From assembly GCA_051439505.1 (NCBI GenBank), contig JBFRWI010000193.1, positions 1-12,914 of the forward strand: a stretch of DNA of 12,914 nucleotides. The letters run 5' to 3'. Positions 6,514 to 12,914 of this stretch are shown piece by piece. The DNA comes from Hormoscilla sp. Its GTDB lineage: Bacteria > Cyanobacteriota > Cyanobacteriia > Cyanobacteriales > Desertifilaceae. Numbering within the stretch: the stretch's first letter is position 1; each line of letters begins with the position of its first letter. The notes under the pieces are model-generated. The model did not search any database. It was not told the DNA's origin and saw only the letters and a program-made list of their open reading frames with translations. The position numbers were made by a program, and so were the translations under genes.

Positions 6514-7749
6514 CTACACTTTAAACTTCTCGGTAATCCGCTGCATCGCCTCTTCTACATTCTCCCGACTATTAAATGCGGAAATGCGGAAGTAACCTTC
6601 CCCTGCGGCACCAAACCCCGAACCGGGCGTTCCGACCACATTGCAGTTATGCAACAGCTTATCGAAGAAATCCCAACTGGACAATCCAGCAGGGGTCTTA
6701 ACCCAAACGTAAGGTGCATTCACGCCGCCATAAACTTGCAATCCTGCTGCTGTTAATTTAGCACAAATAATCTTAGCATTCTCCAGATAGAAGTTTACTA
6801 AGGCTTTGATTTGTGCCTGTCCAGCTTCAGTATAGACCGCTTCGGCCCCCCGTTGCACGATGTATGATACCCCATTGAACTTGGTGCAATGACGGCGGTT
6901 CCACAGCTTCCACAATTCTACATCGGAACCATCTGCTGCTTTGCCGGTGAGGGTCTTGGGTACTACCGTTAGGGCACAGCGAGTACCCGTAAACCCGGCA
7001 TTTTTGGAGAAGGAACGAAACTCGATCGCGCATGATTTTGCCCCCTCAATTTCATAGATAGAATGGGGCAGATCCGGATCTGTGATGAAAGCTTCGTAGG
7101 CGGCATCGAAGAAAATGATCGAACCATTAGCATTAGCATAGTCTACCCACGCTTTCAGATCTGATTTGGTCGCCGTTGCCCCAGTGGGGTTATTAGGAAA
7201 GCACAGGTAAATTAGATCGACTTTCTCTGAGGGAATCTCGGCGGTAAAGTTGTTGTCTGCGGTAATGGGCAGATACCGTATACCCTCATACTTGCCTGCA
7301 TCGTTGCCGGGTCCAGTATTGCCTGCCATAACGTTAGTGTCTAGGTATACTGGATATACGGGGTCAGTAATGGCGATCGCATTATCATGGCCGAAGATAT
7401 CGAGAATGTTGCCCGTGTCGCACTTGGAACCATCGGAGATGAAGATTTCTTCTGCATTGATGTCGCATCCCCGGGCTTGGAAGTCACTGGCGGCAATTTT
7501 TTCCCGCAGCCAGGAGTAGCCCTGTTCGGGACCGTAGCCTTTGAACGTGGCCCGATCGCCCATGTCTTGAACTGCCTTCATCATGGCGGTGCAGCAGGCT
7601 TCTGGTAGGGGTTCAGTCACGTCGCCGATACCCAGCTTAATAATCTTAGCATCAGGATTGGCCTGAGCAAAGGCATTTACCCGGCGAGCAATTTCGGGAA
7701 ACAGGTAGCCAGCTTTGAGCTTCAGGTAGTTATCGTTGATCTTTGCCAT
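6514..7749 (-). CDS. dapL: LL-diaminopimelate aminotransferase
   Basis: [20 protein letters not shown] start, [29 protein letters not shown] and the PLP-lysine motif [12 protein letters not shown]. Confidence 0.97.
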   Translation of the reverse strand: MAKINDNYLKLKAGYLFPEIARRVNAFAQANPDAKIIKLGIGDVTEPLPEACCTAMMKAVQDMGDRATFKGYGPEQGYSWLREKIAASDFQARGCDINAEEIFISDGSKCDTGNILDIFGHDNAIAITDPVYPVYLDTNVMAGNTGPGNDAGKYEGIRYLPITADNNFTAEIPSEKVDLIYLCFPNNPTGATATKSDLKAWVDYANANGSIIFFDAAYEAFITDPDLPHSIYEIEGAKSCAIEFRSFSKNAGFTGTRCALTVVPKTLTGKAADGSDVELWKLWNRRHCTKFNGVSYIVQRGAEAVYTEAGQAQIKALVNFYLENAKIICAKLTAAGLQVYGGVNAPYVWVKTPAGLSSWDFFDKLLHNCNVVGTPGSGFGAAGEGYFRISAFNSRENVEEAMQRITEKFKV

Positions 7750-7891
7750 AGTCCGATTGTTACAAAACTCCTCAACTAGCTTACCACTGTTTGCAGTAAG
7801 TGCAAAGCGCGATTATTTTATCAATTGTCAGAGTGATAGAATGTTAAGGAAATGGCGATCGGAGTTTTTTGGTGGGACAGGGGTAATCAAA

Positions 7892-8752
7892 ATGAGCGAA
7901 ACCACAGACATTCAGCAAGCAGTCTTGGAAAAACTGCTACAATTGCCTCCAGACAAACAACGGCAATTGTTTAATTTTGCAGAGTTTCTCACAGCAAAGA
8001 GTAAATCTTCGGGTCCGCGTCCCAGCATCAAAGGGTTGTGTGCTGACTTGGGAATTAAGATTACAGCAGCAGATATTACTGAAGCGCGTCGCGAGATGTG
8101 GAGCAATTTTCCCCCTGTTTCACTTGACAAGCATGGGATTAAAGACGTCACCCTGGACGACTTAGAAAGGATCTTTCATCTTCAGCTTGTTGAAGATGAC
8201 CAATTTTTCCGCGAGTGGCAAGACAATTTGCCAGAAATTACCGATTTGCAAAAACAACTGCTAGACCGGGTAAAAGCGGGATATTTGAATTCGATCGGGA
8301 AAAAACATTTTCTCGAAAAGCCCGTTAACATGGCGATCGTCTCCCCTCTTCTCTTTATCGGGGAATTCTATCTGCCGCCTTTTCACTTCCAAGCAGAACA
8401 TCCTATAGAGATTTCAGCCTCTGATGAAGAAGTGGCGATCGAGGGTAGCATTGATACCCTAGTTTTGCAAGAACAATTGTGGGTAATGGTAATCGAGTCC
8501 AAACGGGCTAGCTTCTCGATCGAAGCTGGACTCCCACAAATTATAGCTTACATGCTGGCCAACCCCGATCGAGAGAAACCCAGCTTTGGCACGATCGCGA
8601 CTGGAGGCACCTTCATTTTCATCAAATTAGTCAGAGGTGAAGTCCCACGATACGCCACCTCTGCTGAATTTTCTCTGCGCAACCCCGGGAATGATTTGTA
8701 TCGGGTTCTAAGCATTCTTAAACGCCTCAGTCAATTAGCAATTAATAACTAA
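7892..8752 (+). CDS. Fusion protein: N-terminal DUF2281 antitoxin-like domain plus C-terminal HsdR-N-like PD-(D/E)xK nuclease
   Basis: The N-terminal 74 aa (VLEKL..LPPDKQRQLFNFAEFL...GLCADLG..IT..DI.EARREMWSNFP) resemble stand-alone DUF2281 proteins. The rest (VTL.DL...F.LQ...D.QFF.EWQ..LPEI...GSIDTLV...VIESK...QIIAYM) resembles the cyanobacterial 'restriction endonuclease subunit R' family. The ATG at 7892 avoids overlap with dapL, and a candidate extended -10 TGATAGAAT lies at about 7834-7842. Confidence 0.75.
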   Translation: MSETTDIQQAVLEKLLQLPPDKQRQLFNFAEFLTAKSKSSGPRPSIKGLCADLGIKITAADITEARREMWSNFPPVSLDKHGIKDVTLDDLERIFHLQLVEDDQFFREWQDNLPEITDLQKQLLDRVKAGYLNSIGKKHFLEKPVNMAIVSPLLFIGEFYLPPFHFQAEHPIEISASDEEVAIEGSIDTLVLQEQLWVMVIESKRASFSIEAGLPQIIAYMLANPDREKPSFGTIATGGTFIFIKLVRGEVPRYATSAEFSLRNPGNDLYRVLSILKRLSQLAINN

Positions 8753-8776
8753 GCAAGCATGTAGGATATGGGGCTG

Positions 8777-9205
8777 TTAAGCACTGCTAACGGAAAGGGC
8801 AAATTCCTGCTGCTGAACTGCCAGAGAACGACAGAGGGCTTCAATAAAGCTATCGCTACCGATTTCAAAGCGCAAATGCAGCCACAAGTCCTCAGAAAGT
8901 TGCTGACGAAGCAACCACTCTGACGGCGTCACTAAGCCCCAACCGACGATGGTTCCTAGGTGAGATTGGTAACCTGACTTTGGGCGCGTCGGGTTCAACT
9001 GCACGGTGAGACGAGTGCAGTCGAGTAGAATTACTGTCAGGGGGCGATCGCGATCGCTCACCTGTCCCCATTCGTCCCAATAATAGTTCAAATGCAGGAC
9101 ATAATCGCCAGGGAGTTGCCAACCCATGTTTAACAACTCAGCTTCGGTAAAGTCATACTGCTGCCAAATCTGTTCAAAATTCATAATCTGTTTTGTTAAT
9201 GCCAC
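8777..9205 (-). CDS. Hypothetical protein (alternative start ATG at 9184)
   Basis: 142-aa ORF with a globular, aromatic-rich composition that fills the gap convergent to the nuclease fusion. No family recognised. Confidence 0.65.
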   Translation of the reverse strand: MALTKQIMNFEQIWQQYDFTEAELLNMGWQLPGDYVLHLNYYWDEWGQVSDRDRPLTVILLDCTRLTVQLNPTRPKSGYQSHLGTIVGWGLVTPSEWLLRQQLSEDLWLHLRFEIGSDSFIEALCRSLAVQQQEFALSVSSA

Positions 9206-9295
9206 CGCCGATCGGAGCTAATATATCTGCTGTGGTAAAAGTGTTACCTAATGACATTGTTGGTTAAGGTTGGGTACACTGCATATTTGCTTAGC

Positions 9296-9348
9296 CGCCC
9301 GAACCCTAAAGGGCCCGGCTACAGGAACAAAGCCCGCCTGCGCGGGCT
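9296..9348 (+). repeat. 53-bp double-hairpin REP-like repeat, copy A
   Basis: CGCCCGAACCCTAAAGGGCCCGGCTACAGGAACAAAGCCCGCCTGCGCGGGCT; 48/53 identical to the reverse complement of 10477-10529. Confidence 0.85.
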
Positions 9349-9399
9349 ATATTACATGCATTACCGTTGCACCCGTTAAGGTTTTGGTAAGATATGGCT

Positions 9400-9473
9400 A
9401 TAGCTTCGGAAGCCCTCCTCAGGCGATCGCCGCTTTCGAGAGGAGGTAGGTCTATGAGGGTACTTACAACCAT
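9400..9473 (-). pseudogene. Uma2 family endonuclease N-terminal remnant
   Basis: MVVSTLIDLPPLESGDRL.R matches the recalled Uma2 N-terminus (LPPLE(S/N)GDRLTR.EFERRY). Similarity is lost within a few codons of the HIP1 site at 9423-9430. Confidence 0.65.
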
Positions 9474-9633
9474 AGGAGTAAGGCAATTGCTAGCCAACTA
9501 TGTCTATTTTACATTAATCTCACGATCGCGATCTATTATCAGGGCAGTCAAGTGACTGCGATCGCACGTTCTACTGTACGCGAACGGAAGCATCTCACTT
9601 TTGCAGCTAGCATTTTCACCCGCACCGTAGCCC

Positions 9634-9666
9634 AGAAACCCTGTTTTCTGTAAAAACCGGGTTTCT
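9634..9666. repeat. Degenerate paired AGAAACCGGGTTTCT repeat
   Basis: AGAAACCCTGTTTTCT (9634-9649) and AAAAACCGGGTTTCT (9652-9666); same family as 5550-5615. Confidence 0.75.
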
Positions 9667-9714
9667 TAATTCAAGCAGATCGAGATCCCGCAGTCAACTT
9701 GACTATATTAAACA

Positions 9715-10209
9715 TCAGTCACTAATTCTCCGAACGGTGCCGGTAGCGGTTGAATAATTACTCCTTGTTGAGTGTTGCCATCTATATTCCAGTTTTTTAT
9801 TTGATACTAGCTTAAGCGTATCTATTCCATTGTCAACACAGCGACTGTTGCCGTAGGTAATATCCTCGTACAATTCAATCGAGTTAGCATTCACGCGCTG
9901 TAGAGTTAACTCTCCTCCACATGTCAGTGTGGGGTACGCTATTGTGCCAACAATAGAATCAACTGTCCCAGATATAAGGGTCATTAAGATAGACCACTCA
10001 GTGTTATTATCCTGGAAACCATGACCCTTCCAGACACCGACGTATCCTGGAGGCACTCCGTTGATAGTTTGTGCTGTCGCAACTGTTTCTAATTGATTCT
10101 TTTGAATTGCAAGTAAACTAGGTAAAGCAGCAACCATGAATATTGTGAGTAATCCTAGGATAATAATCCCCAAAAACTTTTTTTTGCACATTATGTAAAA
10201 ATTGCTCAT
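9715..10209 (-). CDS. Hypothetical secreted or membrane-anchored protein
   Basis: KKK followed by a hydrophobic stretch (signal peptide or anchor), then a beta-rich domain (YVGVWKG...GTIAYPTLTCGGEL...EDITYG...CVDNG) with a Cys pair. The true start may be the second Met (MCKKK). Confidence 0.75.
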   Translation of the reverse strand: MSNFYIMCKKKFLGIIILGLLTIFMVAALPSLLAIQKNQLETVATAQTINGVPPGYVGVWKGHGFQDNNTEWSILMTLISGTVDSIVGTIAYPTLTCGGELTLQRVNANSIELYEDITYGNSRCVDNGIDTLKLVSNKKLEYRWQHSTRSNYSTATGTVRRISD

Positions 10210-10385
10210 GACTGTTTCCCTCGACGATCGAGCTTCTGCCGAATTTCTCTAATTGCAGTTTCTCCATCTACAACTTCACCCCGTGACGAGGCTTCTATTC
10301 CAATCATCACCTCCTTTTTTAGTTCTTCAAAGCGCCCTTTGTAAATGCGATCGCCATCTCGTTCTGGCTTCATGGCTCCCTTCAT
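10206..10385 (-). pseudogene. ParD-type (CC2985-like) antitoxin C-terminal half with a foreign N-terminus; 59 aa, not in the ORF track
   Basis: Hand translation: MKGAMKPERDGDRIYKGRFEELKKEVMIGIEASSRGEVVDGETAIREIRQKLDRRGKQS*. It has an AGGAGT RBS and an ATGA overlap with the next gene. Confidence 0.7.
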
Positions 10386-10476
10386 AACCGGTTACTCCTT
10401 TCTGACATTAACATGGGTCCTAATTATCATATCCTGATTCCTGCTTCAGCGCGTCCAATGTCTTCCGAGGCAACTC

Positions 10477-10529
10477 AGCCTGCGCAGGCAGGCTTTGTTC
10501 CTGTAGCCCGACCCTTTAGGGTTGGGGCG
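10477..10529 (-). repeat. 53-bp double-hairpin REP-like repeat, copy B (inverted relative to A), just after the glmS stop
   Basis: AGCCTGCGCAGGCAGGCTTTGTTCCTGTAGCCCGACCCTTTAGGGTTGGGGCG. Confidence 0.85.
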
Positions 10530-10552
10530 GGTGGGCGAGGCGCGGCTGTTAT

Positions 10553-12442
10553 CTATTCTACGGTCACGGACTTGGCCAAATTCCTCGGCTGATCCACATC
10601 CAATCCCCGCAGCGCCGCAATGTTATATGCTAATAATTGTAGGGGTATTACTGTCAAGATTGGTGACAAGATTTCCTCTACCATCGGCACCGCTAACAAG
10701 TCGTCAAAAATCTCTGCCGCTTGGGGCTCGTCCTTCGGCGTTACCCCAATTAAACGGGCATCCCGCGCCTTCGCTTCCTGGGCATTCGAGAGCACTTTCT
10801 CGTAAATGCTTCCCGGCATCGCGATCGCCACCACGGGCACCTTCGCATCCAGTAAGGCGATCGGGCCATGTTTCATCTCCCCAGCGGGATAGCCTTCGGC
10901 GTGAATATAACTAATTTCCTTCAATTTCAGCGCCCCTTCCAGGGCAATGGGGAAATTAATTCCTCGCCCCACAAAGATGAAATCCTTGGTTTCGTTAAAC
11001 TCGCGAGCTAACTCCTCAATGTAGCCAGACTGAGTCTCCAAAATTAATTCAATTTCCCTGGGCAACTGGCGCAAACCATCGATAATTTCTTCCAACTGGG
11101 AGGCCGATTTATGCTGACGCCGATAGGCCAAATCCAGAGCCAGAAAGTAAAAGGCCATCAACTGGGCCACAAAGGTTTTTGTCGCCGCCACCCCAATTTC
11201 AATTCCCCCATGGGTGTTAATAATATGAGGCACCATACGGGCGAGAGAACTTTCCGATCGATTGGTAATTCCCAAGATGCGCGACTGATATTTTGCTTCT
11301 CCACCCCCACGCCGCTGTTGTTCCACTCCCAAAGCTGCCAAAGTATCGGCTGTTTCCCCAGACTGGGTCACCCCTATTGTCAGAGTATTTGCCGTTATTG
11401 GTGGGGGCGCGTAACGAAACTCCGAAGCATATTGCACTTGGGTCGGTATCCCCGCCAACTGTTCCAGCAAGTATTTGCCCACGAGACCCGCGTGCCAACT
11501 CGTCCCACAGGCTAGAATTTGAATCATCTCCAAATCCTGGAATAACTCTTCTGGTAAACCCAGATTTACGGGATTGCCAATGGATGCATTATCCTTTCCT
11601 TGGGACTGCTTCTCCGTTTGCAAATAAGCCTCCAAACAGGTGCGCACTACCCCCGGTTGCTCGTGAATTTCCTTGAGCATGAAATGCTTGAAGCCCTGTT
11701 TTTCCACCTGCACGGGGTTCCAACTGAGAGTGAAGGGATATTTTTTCAGCCTGTCCCCGGCAAAGTTATATACCTCCACTCCCAAAGGCGTTAGACGCGC
11801 CATTTCCCCATTTTCTAAGGGCAACACCGCCCGGGTATGGGGCACCAAAGCAGGCGTATCCGAGGCACAGAAAAATTCCCCTTGCCCAAATCCAATCACT
11901 AATGGAGCCTGTTGTCGCGCTAAGATTAATTCGTCCGGATAGTCCCCAGACAAAACCGCGATCGCGAAGGCCCCTGACAGTCTATTCACCGCCTGTCGTA
12001 CTGCATCTAGAAGGGATGAAGAGTTCGTTGATAAAATTTCGGCGATTAAGTTCGGGATAACTTCGGTGTCTGTTTCCGAACGAAACTCGTATCCCTTTTC
12101 CTTGAGTTCTTCGCGCAACGATGCATAGTTTTCCACAATTCCATTCTGCACCACTGCCACTTGTCTGGCCATGTCCGTATGGGGATGGGCATTGTGTTCG
12201 GCAGGTTTGCCGTGGGTTGCCCAGCGAGTATGCCCGATACCTATCTGGGCCGGGTTTTCCACATTCACCAGTTTTTCCCGCAGATTCTGCAATTTGCCTT
12301 TCGCCCGGACGCAGTCAATTTTTCCTTCCCAGACTGTGGCAATGCCAGCGGAATCGTAACCCCGATATTCCAGTTTTTCCAATCCTGTCAGCAAAATTTC
12401 TGTTGCCCTTTCGGTGCCAATATAGCCAACTATTCCACACAT
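10553..12442 (-). CDS. glmS: Glutamine--fructose-6-phosphate transaminase (isomerizing)
   Basis: MCGIVG (catalytic Cys), LEYRGYDSAG, GHTRWATHG, QSGETADT, ALKLKE and the C-terminal PRNLAKSVTVE. Confidence 0.99.
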   Translation of the reverse strand: MCGIVGYIGTERATEILLTGLEKLEYRGYDSAGIATVWEGKIDCVRAKGKLQNLREKLVNVENPAQIGIGHTRWATHGKPAEHNAHPHTDMARQVAVVQNGIVENYASLREELKEKGYEFRSETDTEVIPNLIAEILSTNSSSLLDAVRQAVNRLSGAFAIAVLSGDYPDELILARQQAPLVIGFGQGEFFCASDTPALVPHTRAVLPLENGEMARLTPLGVEVYNFAGDRLKKYPFTLSWNPVQVEKQGFKHFMLKEIHEQPGVVRTCLEAYLQTEKQSQGKDNASIGNPVNLGLPEELFQDLEMIQILACGTSWHAGLVGKYLLEQLAGIPTQVQYASEFRYAPPPITANTLTIGVTQSGETADTLAALGVEQQRRGGGEAKYQSRILGITNRSESSLARMVPHIINTHGGIEIGVAATKTFVAQLMAFYFLALDLAYRRQHKSASQLEEIIDGLRQLPREIELILETQSGYIEELAREFNETKDFIFVGRGINFPIALEGALKLKEISYIHAEGYPAGEMKHGPIALLDAKVPVVAIAMPGSIYEKVLSNAQEAKARDARLIGVTPKDEPQAAEIFDDLLAVPMVEEILSPILTVIPLQLLAYNIAALRGLDVDQPRNLAKSVTVE

Positions 12443-12582
12443 GTAAAGTTAACTCCTACTCGGCTCTTTCTATTTATCTTAACAATGGTTTTTGACTGCG
12501 TTCCGGATATTTTAATATTTACTTAATTATCTCATATTATACCATTTGTCAAGAACTAATTCCTTCTCTTCGCACTTCACCC

Positions 12583-12633
12583 GCCGGGGGTTCAAACCCC
12601 CGGCTAATAGCTAAAGTCGGTTTTAAACCGACT
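12583..12633. repeat. Double-hairpin REP-like repeat
   Basis: GCCGGGGGTT-CA-AACCCCCGGC (12583-12604) and AGTCGGTTT-T-AAACCGACT (12615-12633). Confidence 0.85.
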
Positions 12634-12688
12634 AATATATTACGGCGTTGCACATTTTTGGGATGATAGCAGCCAATTTTTCAACTTT

Positions 12689-12709
12689 GCTAATGGCTAA
12701 TTGCTAATT
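12689..12709. repeat. Heptamer tandem repeat (GCTAATK)x3
   Basis: GCTAATG GCTAATT GCTAATT; same unit as 896-951. Confidence 0.8.
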
Positions 12710-12824
12710 GAAAAGAGTAAAGCTATCTATTCATGACGGGTGTGGTCAAAAGTAGTTGGAGGATCCCCCCCAAACCCCCCCTTCCACAAGCTATCCCTTA
12801 CTCACATCTTTCTTAACATTTGTC

Positions 12825-12870
12825 GGGGGGGGTGGGGAGTGGGGAGTAGGGAGTGGGGAGAGGGGGGTTT
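12825..12870. repeat. G-rich heptamer repeat (TRGGGAG)x4 with flanking G runs, STRR-like
   Basis: G8, then TGGGGAG TGGGGAG TAGGGAG TGGGGAG, then AGGGGGG; a complementary C-rich tract lies at 12765-12781. Confidence 0.8.
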
Positions 12871-12914
12871 CCAGTCGGCAGCATAGATGGTGGCAAAAGT
12901 CAAGCCCACGGAGG

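Noticed and set aside
7736..7891. N-terminal extension of the 338-aa ORF
   Set aside because: It overlaps the dapL start and spans the divergent promoter region. Family similarity begins at the ATG at 7892.
9306..9497. 63-aa ORF as an intact gene
   Set aside because: Only about 20 codons resemble Uma2. The remainder reads into a REP-like repeat, so it was treated as a remnant.
10400..10590. Tn7 insertion at attTn7 (glmS 3' end)
   Set aside because: No TGT-initiated end with repeated TnsB sites and no tns genes were recognised downstream of glmS.
12443..12640. glmS ribozyme
   Set aside because: No recognisable conserved core. The upstream region is AT-rich and followed by generic repeats, and the ribozyme is mainly known from Gram-positive lineages.

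Overview
Cyanobacterial chromosomal segment, probably from a repeat-rich filamentous lineage: 14 HIP1 GCGATCGC sites were counted by eye, and heptamer tandem repeats and AGAAACCGGGTTTCT palindromes are present. Housekeeping genes (fba class II, dapL, glmS, a DUF92/TIGR00297 membrane protein, a VOC/glyoxalase protein and two conserved cyanobacterial hypotheticals) alternate with small accessory inserts. The inserts are: an atypical panD bracketed by two 51-bp direct repeats, each holding a HIP1-centred 24-bp palindrome, which differ only by a compensatory base pair; a BrnT/BrnA toxin-antitoxin pair; an in-frame fusion of a DUF2281 antitoxin-like domain to a PD-(D/E)xK/HsdR-N-like nuclease; and a 1.2-kb block between 53-bp inverted repeats carrying a Uma2 remnant, a secreted protein and a headless ParD remnant. 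A truncated HGGG esterase lies at the left edge, and a dense cluster of MITE/REP-like elements lies at 5190-5890. No CRISPR array, rRNA, tRNA or transposase was seen. All family assignments come from motif recognition and recall, not database searches.
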